Shown here: piece by piece, positions 12,788 through 26,032 of the stretch
Position numbering within the stretch: position 1 is the stretch's first letter
Layout: each line of letters begins with the position of its first letter
Assembly (NCBI RefSeq): GCF_006345805.1
Contig: NW_021833737.1
Location: forward strand, 1 to 55,285
Length of the DNA: 55,285 nucleotides
DNA from: Octopus sinensis
Taxonomy: Eukaryota
Direction: 5' to 3'
Position numbers and translations under genes: made by a program
The notes under the pieces: generated by a model
Database searches by the model: none
What the model saw: only the letters and a program-made list of their open reading frames with translations
What the model was told of the DNA's origin: nothing

Positions 12788-12925
12788 CATCTCCTAATCG
12801 ATTTATCAGTCTCAATTGACTATAATATATCTCTAAAAGTAATGGAGAAATTATCTAAATATAAAGATCTGGAAATAGAGATAACCAGAATGTTGGATTG
12901 AAAACAACCAATTCCTTTGAAAATA
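12788..12925 (+). pseudogene. R4/Dong-like restriction-like endonuclease (RLE) fragment
   Basis: Manual translation HLLIDLSVSIDYNISLKVMEKLSKYKDLEIEITRM, then frameshifted GLKT..IP, matches the R4-clade IDVSIP...EKLSKYKDLEIEI.RMW motif. Confidence 0.8.
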
Positions 12926-13739
12926 AATTCTTTAAGATTGAAGAAAAAAAGCAAACGCATAATGAAAACAAGATATTATCAGCATATCGAAAAAAAAAAT
13001 CATTCAATATACTGCACAAATATGTAAAATATTACTTTTAGTAATGTTACTACTTATATCTCGTTTAGAGATTTTAGAACTTACTGCTTTCCTTGTTACG
13101 AGATCAGCAACTGTCTGCCGCTTCTCTATTTATATATTGTGAGTAGGGACGAATGACTGCCATCTCTAGCAGGCAAGTATCCAGTACCGATGAAGGGTAA
13201 AGGTCCAGAAACCATTGTCTACTGGTCTTGCCAAGCTGGAGGGGAGTGATTCGCTCCCTTACTCACAATATATCAGAAACAGCCTGTGTGTCGTTAACCC
13301 GCTGGAAAATATGTTTTCCTGGGATTAAAATGAAATAACATACGCTGAATAGAACAGCCATGTTGTAGTGGCAAAAAATGTTACTAGATGTAAAATATTT
13401 TCAATACAATAGAAAACATGAAACTAAAATATAACCCTGCATATACTCAAGACCCAGAGAATTGCGATCTGTTGTGCAATGGAATCATACAATGAAAATA
13501 AGACTATAGAAAAAAAATCATATTAATAATCATAGGCACGTTTCAAAAAATAGGAATACTACAATCTGTAAATATTGTTAGACAATTCTCACACAACATT
13601 CTTTTAACCTTGAACATTTTGATGCATATTTCTCAAAATTTATCTAATTCTTTTGGATGTGAGAAAGGAAACTCTTAATATATTTTTCAAATGATGAATA
13701 ACACGTGTATAATAACGTTAATAATAACACACACGAAAA

Positions 13740-14190
13740 CTTTGCGTCGAGAAATGAAGATCAAATATATATATATATTCTCGAGTTGAAATTATACTTG
13801 GATTTAATGAAGATTCTGGAGTGGAATTTGGAGGGAAAAAAAACGTGAAAGAGAAATGATATTAAAAAGCCATAGGATACAATTACCAATGAAAGAAGTC
13901 ATAAAGCAGGTTGATACAGAAGGCTAGAAATACTTAGGTATAACATGTAAGATAAAGGAAAAAAGCATATAGCAACGCTTTTGGAAAAGTTATTCTTCGT
14001 GTTAAAAATCTAAGCTAAATTGAAAGAAAAAAGATCCTAACCATTAAGATGTGGAATATAACTCTTTTGTGTTCTAGTGAAAAAAAATCCATAATTTGGA
14101 ATAAAGAAAAGAAAGTTAGTTTAAGTAGGAAAACCCGAAAGTAATGTCTATATATGTAACATTACACCCCAAAAGTAAGATTAAACGGCT
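13740..14190 (+). pseudogene. R4/Dong-like reverse transcriptase C-terminal/thumb remnant
   Basis: Broken frames give NEDQI, GFNEDSGVEFG, IQLP, EVIKQVDTEG*KYLGI, VLKSKLN, SRKTRK and LHPKSKIKRL in the order expected for R4-clade RTs. Confidence 0.7.
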
Positions 14191-14679
14191 TAAGAAAAAA
14201 ATTAACGCGTAATGAGGATTTTATAGAGAGCGATTGTATAGAGTGTAGCATATTGCATAAAGAATAGAATGGAACAATGGATAGAAGAGATTAGCTGAAA
14301 GCTGAAATATAAAAAAACTGCAGAAGCTATGGAGATTTATGTGGAGATAGCCGCTGACATGGTTGCATGGTTCAGGAGTTCGCTTCTAATCTTGCAGTTT
14401 TACGTTCAGTCTGACTTCGCGGCCCCTTGTGAGGGAATTAGAAAAGCAGAAACTATGTCGAAGCTCGTCCTGTGTGTTTTTGTGTATATATGCGAGTGAG
14501 CTTGTGCGTGCTGTATATGTATGTGTGTGAATATATGTGTGTAAGAGAGAGAAAGACGGAAAGAGAGAGAGAGAGAAAGAGAAAGAGGAAGAGCATGTAT
14601 ATGGTGTGTGAGTGAGAGTGTGTGTGTGTGTGTGTATGTATTTGTTACTACGTGACAACTAATGTTCGTTGCTTTAGAT

Positions 14680-14967
14680 CGGTGATTCCCAAAGAGGGAG
14701 TTACTATCCTCCCCGGAGGGCGGTAGAAAGATCCATGGGTCGGGGCACTGAAGAAAAGTGGGGGCTATAATGGGGTGGCGAAAAGAGGGCGCTGGATGTA
14801 AATACTACAAAATAATGGGTTAATTAGGCTACGATTTGTAAAATACAGTTGTTTTGAATTTGCCGCAGAAAGTTGTCCATGTTTGTGGTGGTGAGTTAGG
14901 GGAGGGGACTAGGAATGTGGCACGGGTGCAAAGGGGGCGGCAGCCCGAAAAAGCTTAGAAACCACTA
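14680..14967. mobile_element. hAT-Charlie-type non-autonomous element (MITE)
   Basis: Imperfect TIRs CGGTGATTCCCAAA / GCTTAGAAACCACTA. Perfect 8-bp TSD CTTTAGAT at 14672-14679 and 14968-14975. Confidence 0.85.
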
Positions 14968-16546
14968 CTTTAGATTCTCGTAACTTACTGCTTCGGCAAA
15001 AGGACACTGATAGGACAAGTACGATTTCTTGAAATAAGTATTGGGTCAGTTTCATCGATTAAAACCTTCAACATGGTGTTCCAGCACGGTCGCAGTAGAA
15101 TAATTGACACAAGTAAAACAGTAAAGATGCTTATCTTGAAAAAATGCTCAGAAATTTTGGCAAAATATTTTGGTAAAGCAATCTCAGAGAAACAGTTTAT
15201 TCCTTTACTTATACACTTGTTTGAAGCATTGGACTGTAACCATGCTAGGGAAGGGCCTCGAAAGGATTTTAGTCGATCGTATTCATTCGATCGCATATTT
15301 TTTAGTTTAATAATTAGTTCAGCAATTTCAATTTACCGTGCCTTGAAGATACAAGGTATAAAAGCACGGATGTTGTTTTTAAGCACGTTATAAACGTAAA
15401 AATAGTCACAGAGACCCATAATCACACACATATACATACATACACATGTACATACACACACACATATATATATATACATATACATATATACATATATACA
15501 CATATACATGCATACACATGCATACACATGCATATACACATGCAAATACATGCATATACATACACATGCATACACATGCATATACATACATATACACACA
15601 TATATATACATACATATACATACATACACATGCACACACACACACACACGCGCAAACATACATATACACACACACGTACACACACCTACAAACACACACA
15701 AATGCATACACACATACACACACACATTCACACACACGCACACACACACACAAACACACACGCACACACAAGTGCATACGACAGGATTCACCCAAATGAC
15801 CGCGAATAATAAAAATCAGCATTTCGCTGTTATTATGGCTTATCAATTCCATGTACTCGGATCACCACAAAACGAAGTGAATCAGTCATTTGAGGTGAGT
15901 TATCTCTTCTGATCTGGTACAGTCGGTGCTCTTTAATACTCAGTGTCGTGTAAAAGATAATTGTTGTTGAGGCGTGCTTAGCCCATGTCAGCCCAGATTT
16001 AGTAGGTCTTTGATGAAAAGTATTCTAACCGTGGCCAAATAGTCGTTTTCCAGTGCGCAGAGAATCCAGTATCACATTATTCAACGCAAGGTGTAATTTA
16101 GAAAAAAAAAAAGAGAAAAGAGATTTAGCTGCTATTTCTAGCGCATATTAAGAGACTGCATTTTGACCCCTCTTCTCGGAGATAGATGATGTGTGAAAAA
16201 ATGCAACGGTCAGTGTTGCTTTGGACCAGCAGGTCATAATAGTTTGGTCCTTGTGGCATCGTTTGTGGTTATATAGCAGTGTTTTGGCGTTGTCAAGTGA
16301 CACTATGTGGGATAATGGGCAGATGGGTGGTACAAGATGAGTGGGGTGGGTCATGGCTAAAGTGAAATAGACAATATATAATGACCACAGGGGCAGGGTT
16401 TACGTTGTCGGGAAATTAGCAACGAGAGGGAAGGGAAAGGGTGCGAGTGGGAAACAGAGAGAAGGAGAGAGAGGGGAGAGAGAGGGGCAGAGAGGGGGCA
16501 GAGACGGGGAGAAAGTGAGAAAGAGAGCGAGGAAGACAAAGAGAGT

Positions 16547-16587
<41 letters not shown>

Positions 16588-16864
16588 AAGGGTGAGAAAG
16601 TGAGAAAGATGGAGAGGAAATATAACGATTTTATATGATAGTGAGTGAAATTCGGGATAAGGAAGAGGGCGAGAGGGAGAGAGAGAGAGAGAGAGAGAGT
16701 AAGAGAGAGTAAGAGAGAGGAAGAGATAGGGAAAGATGTGGGTTATAAAAGATGATAAACAAAGACAGGCGAAAAGGGAGAGGGCATATAGGGTCAACCA
16801 GAAAGTGAGATATGTGATGCGAAAGTGAAGAGGGAGAAGGATTTATACTTAAGAGAAAAGAAGT

Positions 16865-16902
<38 letters not shown>

Positions 16903-17407
16903 ATAAGAAAGGAAAAGCGAGTGTCAGTAAGTGAGAGGGAAATAGATAAAGGGATAAATATGCAGTGAGAGAAAGAAGGAGAGAGAGAGAAAGAAGGAGA
17001 GAAAGAGGGGAGAGAGTGAGAGAGAATGAAGAGCAAGTTGGTGGAATGGAGCAGCGCTAAGAAATCTAGATGGAGAGAGATAGATTAAGAAAATGGACCA
17101 AGGGACGAAAGAGCAATAAATAAAGCGAGGGAGTTAAGTGAGAGGAAGAGGTAGGGGAGATAGTTGGAGGTGAAGAAAATGTAAAGTAGACTCTCTCTCC
17201 CCTCTCTCTTTACCACCTCAGGCTCTCTTCCTTTTGGTCTGTGCGCATCTGTGTGCGTTTATGTGTGATAAAACGAAAGAAAAAGTAAAAAGAGAGAAAG
17301 AAAGAAAGAAAGAAAGAGAGTTCTCTAGAAAGAGAAAGTAAGAGAAAAACAACGAGACAGTGATAGCGAGAAAGCGTGAAAGAAAAAGGCGAGAGAGAAA
17401 GAGACGG

Positions 17408-17540
17408 CCATTGGTCAATGGTCAGTGGACACATTAGTCGTTGGACATATTGGTCATATCGGTCACGTTGGTCATATTGGCTATTGGTCTGGGCAATGAC
17501 GTTTAAGCGATTGTCTGCCGGCTTCAATATGGCCGTTTTC
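17408..17540. promoter_or_regulatory. Candidate cis-regulatory cluster (ATTGG/GGTCA repeats)
   Basis: ATTGG at 17410, 17449, 17476 and 17483; 9-bp periodic TGGTCATAT; TGACGT; YY1-like AATATGGCC. Function unproven. Confidence 0.3.
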
Positions 17541-18216
17541 TTTTTATTTCTTTTTAGTGTTATGTTATGTTCTGTTCTGCTGTTGTTTTGTTTTGCTTTT
17601 GCTTTTACTTTGCTTACATTTATTATGATTAAACCCCCCAGATTTACGTCGGCGACACAACTAACGCCACTTTTCAATTGATTGAATGAATAATAAGAGG
17701 TTTTTAACACGCACTCTGTCATTGGTGCTAATATCATTGTCTGCACAACAAATGACCGATAACGAGACAAGAGTATAGTTAGTGTTTCATCGGTTCTATT
17801 GTATCAAGCGTACTTGTGGTCAATTTGGAGTCGTTGTCTTCGTTTTACTTGAATTAGTCAGTCAGTCGGACAACAAGAGTTGCCATATCTAACCGAACTC
17901 ACCGCTGACCGTTTTACCCAAAACTAATCTCTTCGCGTGTTACTAATTCCCAACTAATTCTTTGACTGCTCAGCTTCTCCCTCCACTTCTTCCTCTTCCT
18001 CCTTTCATGTCTTTTGTTTCTTCTTCTCCTCCTCCTGCTTCTCCTCCCCCTCCTCCTTCTCCTTCTTCTTCTTCTTCTTCTTCTTCTTCTTCTTGTCGTG
18101 CCCCCACTTCCTTTTTGCTTGCTTTTGAACACTTTCTCCGCGGACTACAACCCAATCTCTCCTCCGCCATGTCCTCTTTCTCTGTGGTGACACGCTTCCC
18201 CTTTGTGGTTTGTCTG

Positions 18217-18345
<129 letters not shown>

Positions 18346-18392
18346 ATATTTATCTATCTATCTATCTATCTATCTGTCTGTCTGTCTGTCTA

Positions 18393-18653
18393 TTTTTTTG
18401 CATGACACTATTGGCCAAGGTTCTCGTGGTCTTTTCTGTAGGATTTTCTATCCATGGACAAACCTAATCTGTTTTCCCCTTTTACACTGACATTTCTGTG
18501 ATACACGATCTCTATTGATCGGCCCCACTTTTTTTCCCGATCCCTTTTGATCGAAATTTGACCCCCTTTTTTTTTTTTACCTTCTTCCCAAAAAGAAAAG
18601 CTCTACTTTGTATTTTGTCCCTCCTGTGTTCAGCCCTGCGTGGCCAAAAAGAA

Positions 18654-18654
<1 letters not shown>
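18393..18654 (+). mobile_element. Second Tx1-like 3' UTR copy
   Basis: Homologous to 3230-3633 (CCAAGGTT.CGTGGTC, TGTGATACACGATC, AAAAGAAAAGCTCTAC, CAGCCCTG.GTGGCCAA); flanked by (TCTA)n on both sides. Confidence 0.75.
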
Positions 18655-18735
<81 letters not shown>

Positions 18736-19094
18736 GCCCCCTCTCTCTATTCCCGTTTCTCTCTTTCTGTCTGTATGTCTGTCTCTGTCTCTCTCAGTGT
18801 CTCCCTCGCTCACTTTTCCATCCCATCTCTTTACAATTCTATTCTTACTAGTTCTTCATTTCTTTCTAACCTTTGTCTTCTATCTCCCTCCCTCATTCAT
18901 TCTTGCTCGTTATTGCAATCTTTTCTGAGTTATTTCTTTAGTTATTACTTTTTAGTTCCCCCACTGTCGTTTGAAACTCAGCCACTATCAGATGTTTTCT
19001 GTAAATTCTTTTTTATTTTTAATTAAATTTATAATTCAAGCTCTGTGGACCTTCCTTGATAGAAATTACATATTCATTATCCAGCTTCACTATG

Positions 19095-19595
19095 ACTCTG
19101 TATTATCATCGACTCCAGGATAAAAGAAGAATTAATATCGATCTCAGAATGATTTGAACTCAGGACGCAATGTAAAAATGTGTGATTAAAATGCGTTTTT
19201 CTCTTTGTCCTAGCGGTTCTGTCATCCACAACCCTTAATAATTCTTTCTACTGTAGGCACAAGACCTGAAATTTGGTGTAGGGAATGAAACTAGTCGATT
19301 TCTTGAACGGTAGTTATTTTATCTACCCCGAAAGGATGAAAGGCAAACTCGACTTCGGTGGAATTTGAACTCAAACGTAAAACCGGAGGCAATGCTGCTG
19401 AGCAGTTTATCCGGCGTGCTAACTATTCTGCCAGTTCGTCGCGTTTCCAATAATAATAATGTTTTCAAATTTTGGCACAAGACCAACAATTTCGGGAAGG
19501 GGATAAGTCGATTACATCGACCCCAGTACTCGAATGGTTCTTCTTTTATCGACCTTGGCAGGATTTGAACTCAGAGTGTAAAGACGGACGAAATA
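19095..19595 (-). mobile_element. Cluster of three degenerate family A SINEs
   Basis: Three TTTGAACTC(A) B-box complements with flanking family A sequence. Confidence 0.75.
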
Positions 19596-20559
19596 ATGTA
19601 TGTATGTATCCATGTATGTACGTACGTGTGCACTTGTGTTTGTCACCCACCACCTAACAACCGATGTTGGTTTGATTATGCCTGTAACTTTCAGATCTTG
19701 CATATATAATTGAAAAGATTATTCTCTGTTCTCCTTCCCCACCATTTTTCCTATCTCAAGCTTTACTAATCTGTTAAATGAATCTACCAATAATTATAAA
19801 TGCTACAGACATATCTCATTACATCGATTTGACTAACTTAAAAGTATTTACGGAACGATCCTGGCTTTTTTCCTGCTTATGTATTACGGTGTTATCTTGT
19901 AGATAATCGTATAATGCACAAGGCATTTCTTGCCCTCGCACCTCAACACCGGTATCAAACTATAAGCAGGCGTTTGTATGTTTGCTTTTCTTTCCTTAAT
20001 GTCCGGCACAAATCCTATCAACAATCGGCCAGAGCCCACTGTAAACCTCTCTTTTTGAGGGAATATGAGAAACGCTTCAGTTTTCTGAAATTAGTGGAAT
20101 GTCATTTCCTCCGTACTTATTCTTGTATAAATTCCACAAGCAAGGAGGCACTCACTTTTGTAACGTACTACTACCACAATTTACTTTTGTTTAGTTTTGA
20201 TCTATGTGTTATCTCATTTTGCACTATTAGTAATGATGATATTGCTATTATTTACATTGGCACTTTTGCAGTTTTATTCTGTAATTTTAAATTTGTTAGT
20301 GTTTGCACCTAAACCTGTCTTTGTTTGCTTCATTGACATTTTAAAAAATTAATGTTTACCTGTGCGTCTGCGAAAAGTATGGAGGAAATATTCGTTACTA
20401 CAGCCAATAGGACTAGCGCCTTCTCCTGCTTCTACATAGATGGCCATATTAATATATATATAAAGAAAGTAAAATTAATTTCTGCAATAATATGTGTATA
20501 ATTTAAAATATCTAAGAGTGAACTTTTCTTACATCCTGCGTAATTGGAGGGGCTTAAAC

Positions 20560-20775
20560 ATTCGTTTCAAATTTTGGTACAAGGCCAGCAAATCCGGGAG
20601 TGGGGATAAGTCCATTATATCGATCAGTGGTTAACTGGAAATTATTTTTTCTACCATGAAAAAATAAAAGGTAAAATCGAACTCAGCAGTATTTGAACTG
20701 AGAATGTAAAAATGGATGAAATGCAGCCGAGCATTTTGCCAGGCATGCTAATTATTTTGCCAGCTAGCCACCTTT
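20560..20775 (-). mobile_element. Degenerate family A SINE
   Basis: TTTCAAATTTTGGTACAAGGCCAGC...TGCCAGCTAGCCACC. Confidence 0.75.
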
Positions 20776-21388
20776 AGAGGCTTATATATTCCAAAGTCTT
20801 TTATTGGTAGAAAACAGTAAAAGAAAAGAAAAGAAAACAAACCAACGTTTGTATATATTTATAATTATATTTTCCTTATCAACAAATATGCAAAACAACA
20901 AATTAATAAATAATAAAATAAAATGTGACGCTCTGTACACCACGTGCATTCAAAAACAACAACAAGAACAGCAATACTAATAATGAAAAGAATAATAATT
21001 ATTAATGCGAAATCTTTTGAGAAACGTTATGATTTCATTATGCACTTCCATACAGCATTAAAATGTCCGACCACTTTATAAAGTAAACACCAACGCTCAA
21101 GGGTAACAGCATATTAAATGAATAAAACTTCTATTTATCAGCAATATTATTCATTAATTTACACACTGGGGTATTTAGCTGGCGGCCTTTTGTTACCTGA
21201 CATAAGAAGCCTAATTTTCGGGTAATCGAATAGAAACTGTGAATAGGTCAGCAATTGGCCATTAATTCGTGTGCATATCTGTATGTGCGCGCGCGCGAGC
21301 GCGTGTGTGTGTGTGTATGCATGTGTACGTAGATGTAAATATAATATCTCTATAAGTTTACATATATCTACATATTTATCTTCCTTTC

Positions 21389-21435
<47 letters not shown>

Positions 21436-21447
21436 ATTTGCGCGTGC

Positions 21448-21491
<44 letters not shown>

Positions 21492-21592
21492 TATATATAC
21501 ATATATACATTGTATCTATACGTATCCCACACACAGACACAGACAGACACACACATACACACTCGCGCTCAGATTTTTATACATATATGCGA

Positions 21593-21644
<52 letters not shown>

Positions 21645-21722
21645 GTCTGTCTGTCTATCTATTTATCTATCTGTTTATCTATCTATGTAGGATATGTACT
21701 CTATATACATATACATAAATAC

Positions 21723-21757
<35 letters not shown>

Positions 21758-21959
21758 TATATTGTAAATATATGTATATCTGCACAAATACACAAGCCCA
21801 CACACGCAGTCACACACAAACACACACACACTCACTCATGTGTCAATTCATTTATTACATCAGAAATGCGTCAATATTTACCGTTATTTAGAAGAATAAC
21901 ATTTGCATTTAAATATTTGCATATTCATATCATGAAATGTGCGTATATGAATGAATACA

Positions 21960-22018
<59 letters not shown>

Positions 22019-23017
22019 TGTGTGTGTGTAATAAGTTCATTCGGTATTAACACACACACGTACACACACACACACATACACACACACATACATACACATA
22101 TATGCCTTGTTTAATACGTATTGGTCTTTTTGTGTACAAATAGCTGAGAACGTTCATATATGTAAGTATAGATATATTTATGAAATACAAATTTGTGTGT
22201 TTACGTATATACGTGTGTATGAAGTGCCCGTATGATTGATGGGCTCACGTGTTTATTCATGTTTAATGAGAATATGTTTATATAAACGTGCTCTTAATAA
22301 AAATGCTGCAGCGATGGATTATATACGTCGTTTCGTTGGTAGTAATTCAATTTTGTTACATTCTGAGTTCAATACCTACTGGGGTAGACTTTGTTTTTTC
22401 ATTCGTTTCTCTAAAGTAGTTATACTAATTATCAGCTAGATATAATCAAATCTAAGTAGGTATCTAATGGAAATAGTAGCAACATCTTCAACCCAAACCC
22501 CATTTTCTTCCAAAATTAAGGTCGCTTTAGACAATGTTTATTTACGTAAGGAACAAAAGACAAACATGTTTGAAACGGATGGTACGGTTTTGGTCACAGA
22601 CCTGCTCAGTTGGGGCTCATCTGGGAACAACAACGTAGTTAACATTTACCATAATAATTACAGTTCTTTCAAACTGTTTCGGCCAAAATTGAATTATCTC
22701 TGTAGTGGTGGTATATTAAAAATGTATGGTTACGGGTATTGTTGTGTGGTTCATTTCTGACATACCGCTGGATGTTCCTAGCTCAACACTCTCTACTTTA
22801 CTGCTTAAAAGCCATATCCTCTTGTTTGTTATCTTGTAACCTGACACTCAGCTGCAACGACTTCCACCTTATATATTGTGACCACTAAAAATATATTCAT
22901 TTGAAAAAATTCCGACAAAAGATTACGATAAAATTCTCTTAATGTCTTTGTGCATTTTCACCAATTGTATATTTATATAACCCAACGTGTACAGAAATTT
23001 GTAACCATTTACAACAC

Positions 23018-23058
<41 letters not shown>

Positions 23059-23100
23059 TACAAACATACACACTCAAACATGCATATATGTATATATATA

Positions 23101-23140
<40 letters not shown>

Positions 23141-23182
23141 TATATATACATGTGTCGAGCTATCTATCTATCTATACATACA

Positions 23183-23216
<34 letters not shown>

Positions 23217-23995
23217 CATACATACAAATATAATGATAAGGAGAACAAGAGGAGACACATAGGAAAAGAGTGGCTGATGAGGTCACAACATGTGTAAGGA
23301 AAGAACTTTGACAGACGTATAAACTAAAAATAATACGAATAAAAACTAAAGAGAATACCAAATGATTATTGTGCCTGTTTAATTGGCAAAAAATGACCTT
23401 CCTACTCTCAGTAGAACAACAACAACAACACACACAGACATATGCATATATGTATATATATATATAATACAATAATTTACAGTCGACAACTGTTCAAGCC
23501 TTATAGGTATTTACTACCTTCACTACTCCAAGTTATGAACAAAGATGTTGAAAAGAAGTTGCTCATTTTTAATAACATCTTTGAGGGTTCAACATTTGTG
23601 GCTGAGACCAGTGCTGCTCCTTGATTAGGCCAGGCTATCTCATAACATATTGGAAACCTTTTTTGGACATACACACTAAAATTGGCGAGTACGTCTTACA
23701 CCAAGGGCAAAGTAAGCTGAAAGGTAATTTTCTTCACGTTTCCTCAATATGGAAATCACTTTAATCACTAATTCATAACTGTGATTTACGATTTGCTGTT
23801 TGCTCTGGGCTAAAAATCTAAAATGCCGACAAGCACATCCTCACTCATAATGTCTAGAAACTCTATGCAGTTGCTCGGCTTGCTAGAAATAGAAATCAAA
23901 GCTCCGGCAAAACACTCATCTGCTTTTAAAAAATGTGGGAGATAGTGAATAATACGAAGCTAGTCCTACCTACGCCTCTAAAGAATTGGTACTCA

Positions 23996-24296
23996 TATTT
24001 TATTATTTATGCGCCCTTTTTCAAGCCTAGCCAGGCTCATGGGCCCGCTTTCCCGATTTCTTCGGCGTATGTGTTCCTCCAGATGGACGTGTCACCAGTC
24101 CATCGCAGCGTTACTCAAGAAACAGGAAGAGAGAGTGAGAGAAAGTTGTGGCGAAAGAGTACAACAGGGGTCGCCACCACGGGGCTTCAGGTGTTTTCGC
24201 TTAATAAACACACATAACACCCGGGCTGGGAATCGAAACCGTGACCCTCCGACCGCGAATCCGCTGCCCTAACCACTGGGCCATTGCGCCTCCACC
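23996..24296 (-). mobile_element. tRNA-headed SINE family B (octopus OR-like), tail type 2
   Basis: Reverse complement of head GGAGGCGCAATGGCCCAGTGGTTAGGGCAGCGG. 10-bp TSD TTGGTACTCA at 23986-23995 and 24297-24306. Homolog at 32923-33225. Confidence 0.85.
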
Positions 24297-24399
24297 TTGG
24301 TACTCACAACTGGTATATTTTTAATCACGAGTTTGTTCGATCAAAGTTGAAACTGGGGTATACAACAACAACAACAACAATATTAACATCCACAGCGTG

Positions 24400-25660
24400 T
24401 TATTTGATAGAATACGTAGCCGTATTTCGTTTGCCGTTACGTTCTGAGTTCAAATTCCATCGAGGTCGACTTTGCCTTTCATCATTTCGGGGTCGATAAA
24501 TTAAGTACTCGTTACGCACTGGGGTCGATCTAATCAGCTTAATCCCTTTGCCTGTCCTTGTTTGTCCTCTCTATGTTTAGCCCCTTGTGGGCAATAAAGA
24601 AATAAGAAAATTTAGCACGCCGAGTGAAGTCCTCATTGGTATTCCGTCTGTCTTTACGTTCTAAGTTCAAATTTCGCTGAGGTCAACTTTGCCTTTCATC
24701 ATTTCGGGGTCGATAAATTAAGTACCAGTGGTGTACTAGGGCCGATCTAATCGATTGGCCCCCTTCACCAAGAATTTCGGGCTTTGTTTCTAGAGTAGAA
24801 AAGATTATTAGAGAAGACAGGCAGGTGGTGAGCCTTGCACACTGGTCGAAATGCTTATTGGTATTTAGTTCGTCTTTACGTTCTGAGTGCAAATTTCGCC
24901 GAGGTCAACTTTGCCTTTCATCCTTCGTAGTCGATAAAATAAGTACCAGTTGAGCACTGGGGTCAGTATACTGGCCTTAGCCTCATCCCCGAAATTGCAG
25001 GCCCTGTGCCAAAATTTGAAACCATAATTAGCGAAGGCAGAAAGGCTGCGAGCTGGCAGATTCGTTAGCTCAGAACACAATGTGCTTAGCAGCATTTCTT
25101 CCGCGGCTCTTAAGATTCAGAGATCAAATCCCGCTGAATTTAACTTTGCCTTTTTCCTTCGATAAAATAAGTGTTGCTCTAGTTCTGGGGTCGACATAAT
25201 CGACTTGCCTTCTTCCTCAAAATTTCAGGCCTTGTACCGATCGTAGAAAGAAATATTTCTTTTAAAGTCATCGTGGTTGAATCGTCAGAGCGTCAGATGA
25301 AATGCGTAGCGGAATTTAGTCCGGCTTGTTAAGTGCTGAAGTGAAATTTTGCCGAGATCAGCTTCACCTTTCATCCTTTCGAGATCGATAAAATAAGTAC
25401 CACTACAGTACTAGGGTCGATGTAATCGACTGTCCGATTTTCTCAAAATTGCTTGTCTGGTGACTAATAAAATTTGAAAGAGTTATTCGATAAAACGGTG
25501 TGCCGGTGGCAGAATAATTAGCATGTCAAAATACTTACATAATTTCTTCCGGTTCTGTATGCCCTGAGTTCAAATTTCACCCAGGTCGACTTTGCCTTTC
25601 ATCCTTTCCGGGTCGATAAAATAAGTACCAGTTGAGTACCAGGGTCAATGTAATTGACTA

Positions 25661-25703
<43 letters not shown>

Positions 25704-25890
25704 CGCCACTAAAACTCGCTGGCCTTGTGCCAAAATCACAAAGAAATATTAGATTAGACGGTGAATTGGCATACTTTACCATTCATCATTTCAAGTTCGA
25801 TAAAAGAAGTTCCTGCTGAGAACTGTGATCGATGTAATCGATTAGCCCACTCCGCTCAAAGCTGCTAACTTTGTACCAAAATTTGGAGCC
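24400..25890 (+). mobile_element. Head-to-tail array of about seven family A SINE copies
   Basis: Core GGTC(G/A)ACTTTGCCTTTCATC..TCGATAAA.TAAGTAC recurs about every 200-230 bp, all in the same orientation. Confidence 0.85.
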
Positions 25891-26032
25891 ATTACCAGAT
25901 ATCATTTGTAAAACGGTGTTGTAGAAGTGAAGGTGAATTTAGCTGCTATTTTTAGCAGTCCATCTTGTAGATTTTCCTTTATTAGCTCTTGCTCTATACT
26001 ATCACCAAGTTGCTTATATTGTAACCTGTTAA

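Noticed and set aside
15796-15899. Short ORF ending at GAG|GTGAGT
   Set aside because: An isolated donor with no recognisable peptide or partner exon.
19950-20160. Faint THAP-like peptide fragments on the minus strand
   Set aside because: The C2CH ligands could not be placed without several assumed frameshifts.
22460-22760. 97-aa ORF with ordinary composition
   Set aside because: It overlaps an old dispersed repeat (AAATAGCAGCCAA-type motif, also near 7117, 16130, 25940 and 33920); no protein family recognised.
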